64,000 bases of DNA. It comes from Alphaproteobacteria bacterium UBA2964 (GTDB lineage: Bacteria; Pseudomonadota; Alphaproteobacteria; MPNO01; UBA2964). The position numbers and the translations under genes are program-made. The stretch is taken from assembly GCA_905182615.1 (NCBI GenBank), contig CAJJCG010000016.1, positions 114,250-178,249 on the forward strand, written 5' to 3'. The notes beneath the pieces were generated by a model. The model did no database searches. It worked only from the letters and a program-made list of their open reading frames with translations, and had not been told where the DNA came from. Positions 63,730-64,000 of this stretch are shown piece by piece; within the stretch, counting starts at the first letter, position 1, and each line of letters begins with the position of its first letter.

Positions 63730-64000
63730 TTAGCCTTTGTAGACACCTTCTGCCTTGGCCTGCTCGATAATATCGAGCATCTTCGATGGAGACATCGGCA
63801 AGGACGTCGGGCGAATACCAATAGCATCACCAATTGCGTTACCGACAGCCGCCATGGTCGGTACCACTGGCACCTCACCAACACCACGGAGCCCAAACGG
63901 ATGGGCGGGATTTGGCACTTCAACCATGATCGTATCGACCATCGGCACGTCAGAGGCTACCGGCATGCGATAATCAAGGAAGCCCGCATTTTGCAGGCGA
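63730..64000 (-). CDS. C-terminal part of a third Mo-hydroxylase large subunit (5' part off-window)
   Basis: The frame is open to the window edge. ...FLDYRMPVASDVPMVDTIMVEVPNPAHPFGLRGVGEVPVVPTMAAVGNAIGDAIG is the conserved C-terminal end of aldehyde oxidase / xanthine dehydrogenase large subunits. Confidence 0.8.
   Translation of the reverse strand, partial: RLQNAGFLDYRMPVASDVPMVDTIMVEVPNPAHPFGLRGVGEVPVVPTMAAVGNAIGDAIGIRPTSLPMSPSKMLDIIEQAKAEGVYKG

Noticed and set aside
1-64000. Search for CRISPR arrays, tRNA/rRNA genes, retron/DGR-type reverse transcriptases and long tandem repeats
   Set aside because: Reading both strands, I saw no regularly spaced direct repeats, no tRNA-like cloverleaf cores (GGTTCGAATCC-type T-arms), no rRNA-like stretches and no reverse-transcriptase motifs. 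A tRNAscan, Rfam or repeat-finder run would be needed to exclude small or degenerate instances.

Overview
This 64-kb window looks like an accessory, catabolic region of a moderately GC-rich proteobacterium, probably an alphaproteobacterium. That guess is inferred from the TTT transporter, the IS6 relic and a DksA without a zinc finger, and is not proven. I support about 55 protein-coding genes and saw no rRNA, tRNA or CRISPR array.

Layout:
- 0-6 kb: a LysR regulator (5' end off-window), an alpha/beta hydrolase, and a GMC oxidoreductase / two class II aldolase-fold genes / AroE-like operon.
- 6-9.6 kb: a patchy accessory stretch. It holds an RRM RNA-binding protein, a WYL regulator divergent from an unknown gene, an AT-rich orphan ORF, a DksA lacking the Cys4 finger, and relics of a transposase and a GH108 lysozyme.
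- 9.6-17 kb: a TPP enzyme, a sulfatase and a gentisate-dioxygenase-like cupin, with a shared 37-nt upstream motif. Then folE-ubiX and a fasciclin protein.
- 17.4-23.7 kb: a small, cargo-poor mobile unit. Its core is a translationally coupled tyrosine-tyrosine-serine recombinase operon, cut on the right by an IS6 relic.
- 23.9-64 kb: a dense catabolic island. It holds:
  - a TTT transporter with a TctA-TctB-like fusion;
  - LLM and Rieske oxygenases;
  - two amidases and hydantoinase A/B;
  - a GntR-controlled FAH / nitroreductase / OsmC / malonyl-CoA decarboxylase set;
  - an ATZ/TRZ-type amidohydrolase, two TauD-type dioxygenases and a PuuE-like deacetylase;
  - a PyrK/PyrD-like pair;
  - three molybdenum-hydroxylase large subunits sharing one FAD and one 2Fe-2S subunit set;
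  - a UbiD-family decarboxylase and a Zur-box-controlled orphan znuA.

Gene relics are unusually frequent: FAD-monooxygenase, IS3/IS481-like, GH108, IS6, HlyD and TPR-oxygenase fragments.

The best candidates for something undescribed are:
- the tyrosine-tyrosine-serine (Y-Y-S) recombinase trio;
- the Mo-hydroxylase large subunit / XRE / TPR-oxygenase unit joined by overlapping stop/start codons;
- the Mo-hydroxylase plus UbiD operon.

All calls come from reading translations and nucleotide patterns by eye. Start codons are best guesses, and no database search or computation was run.
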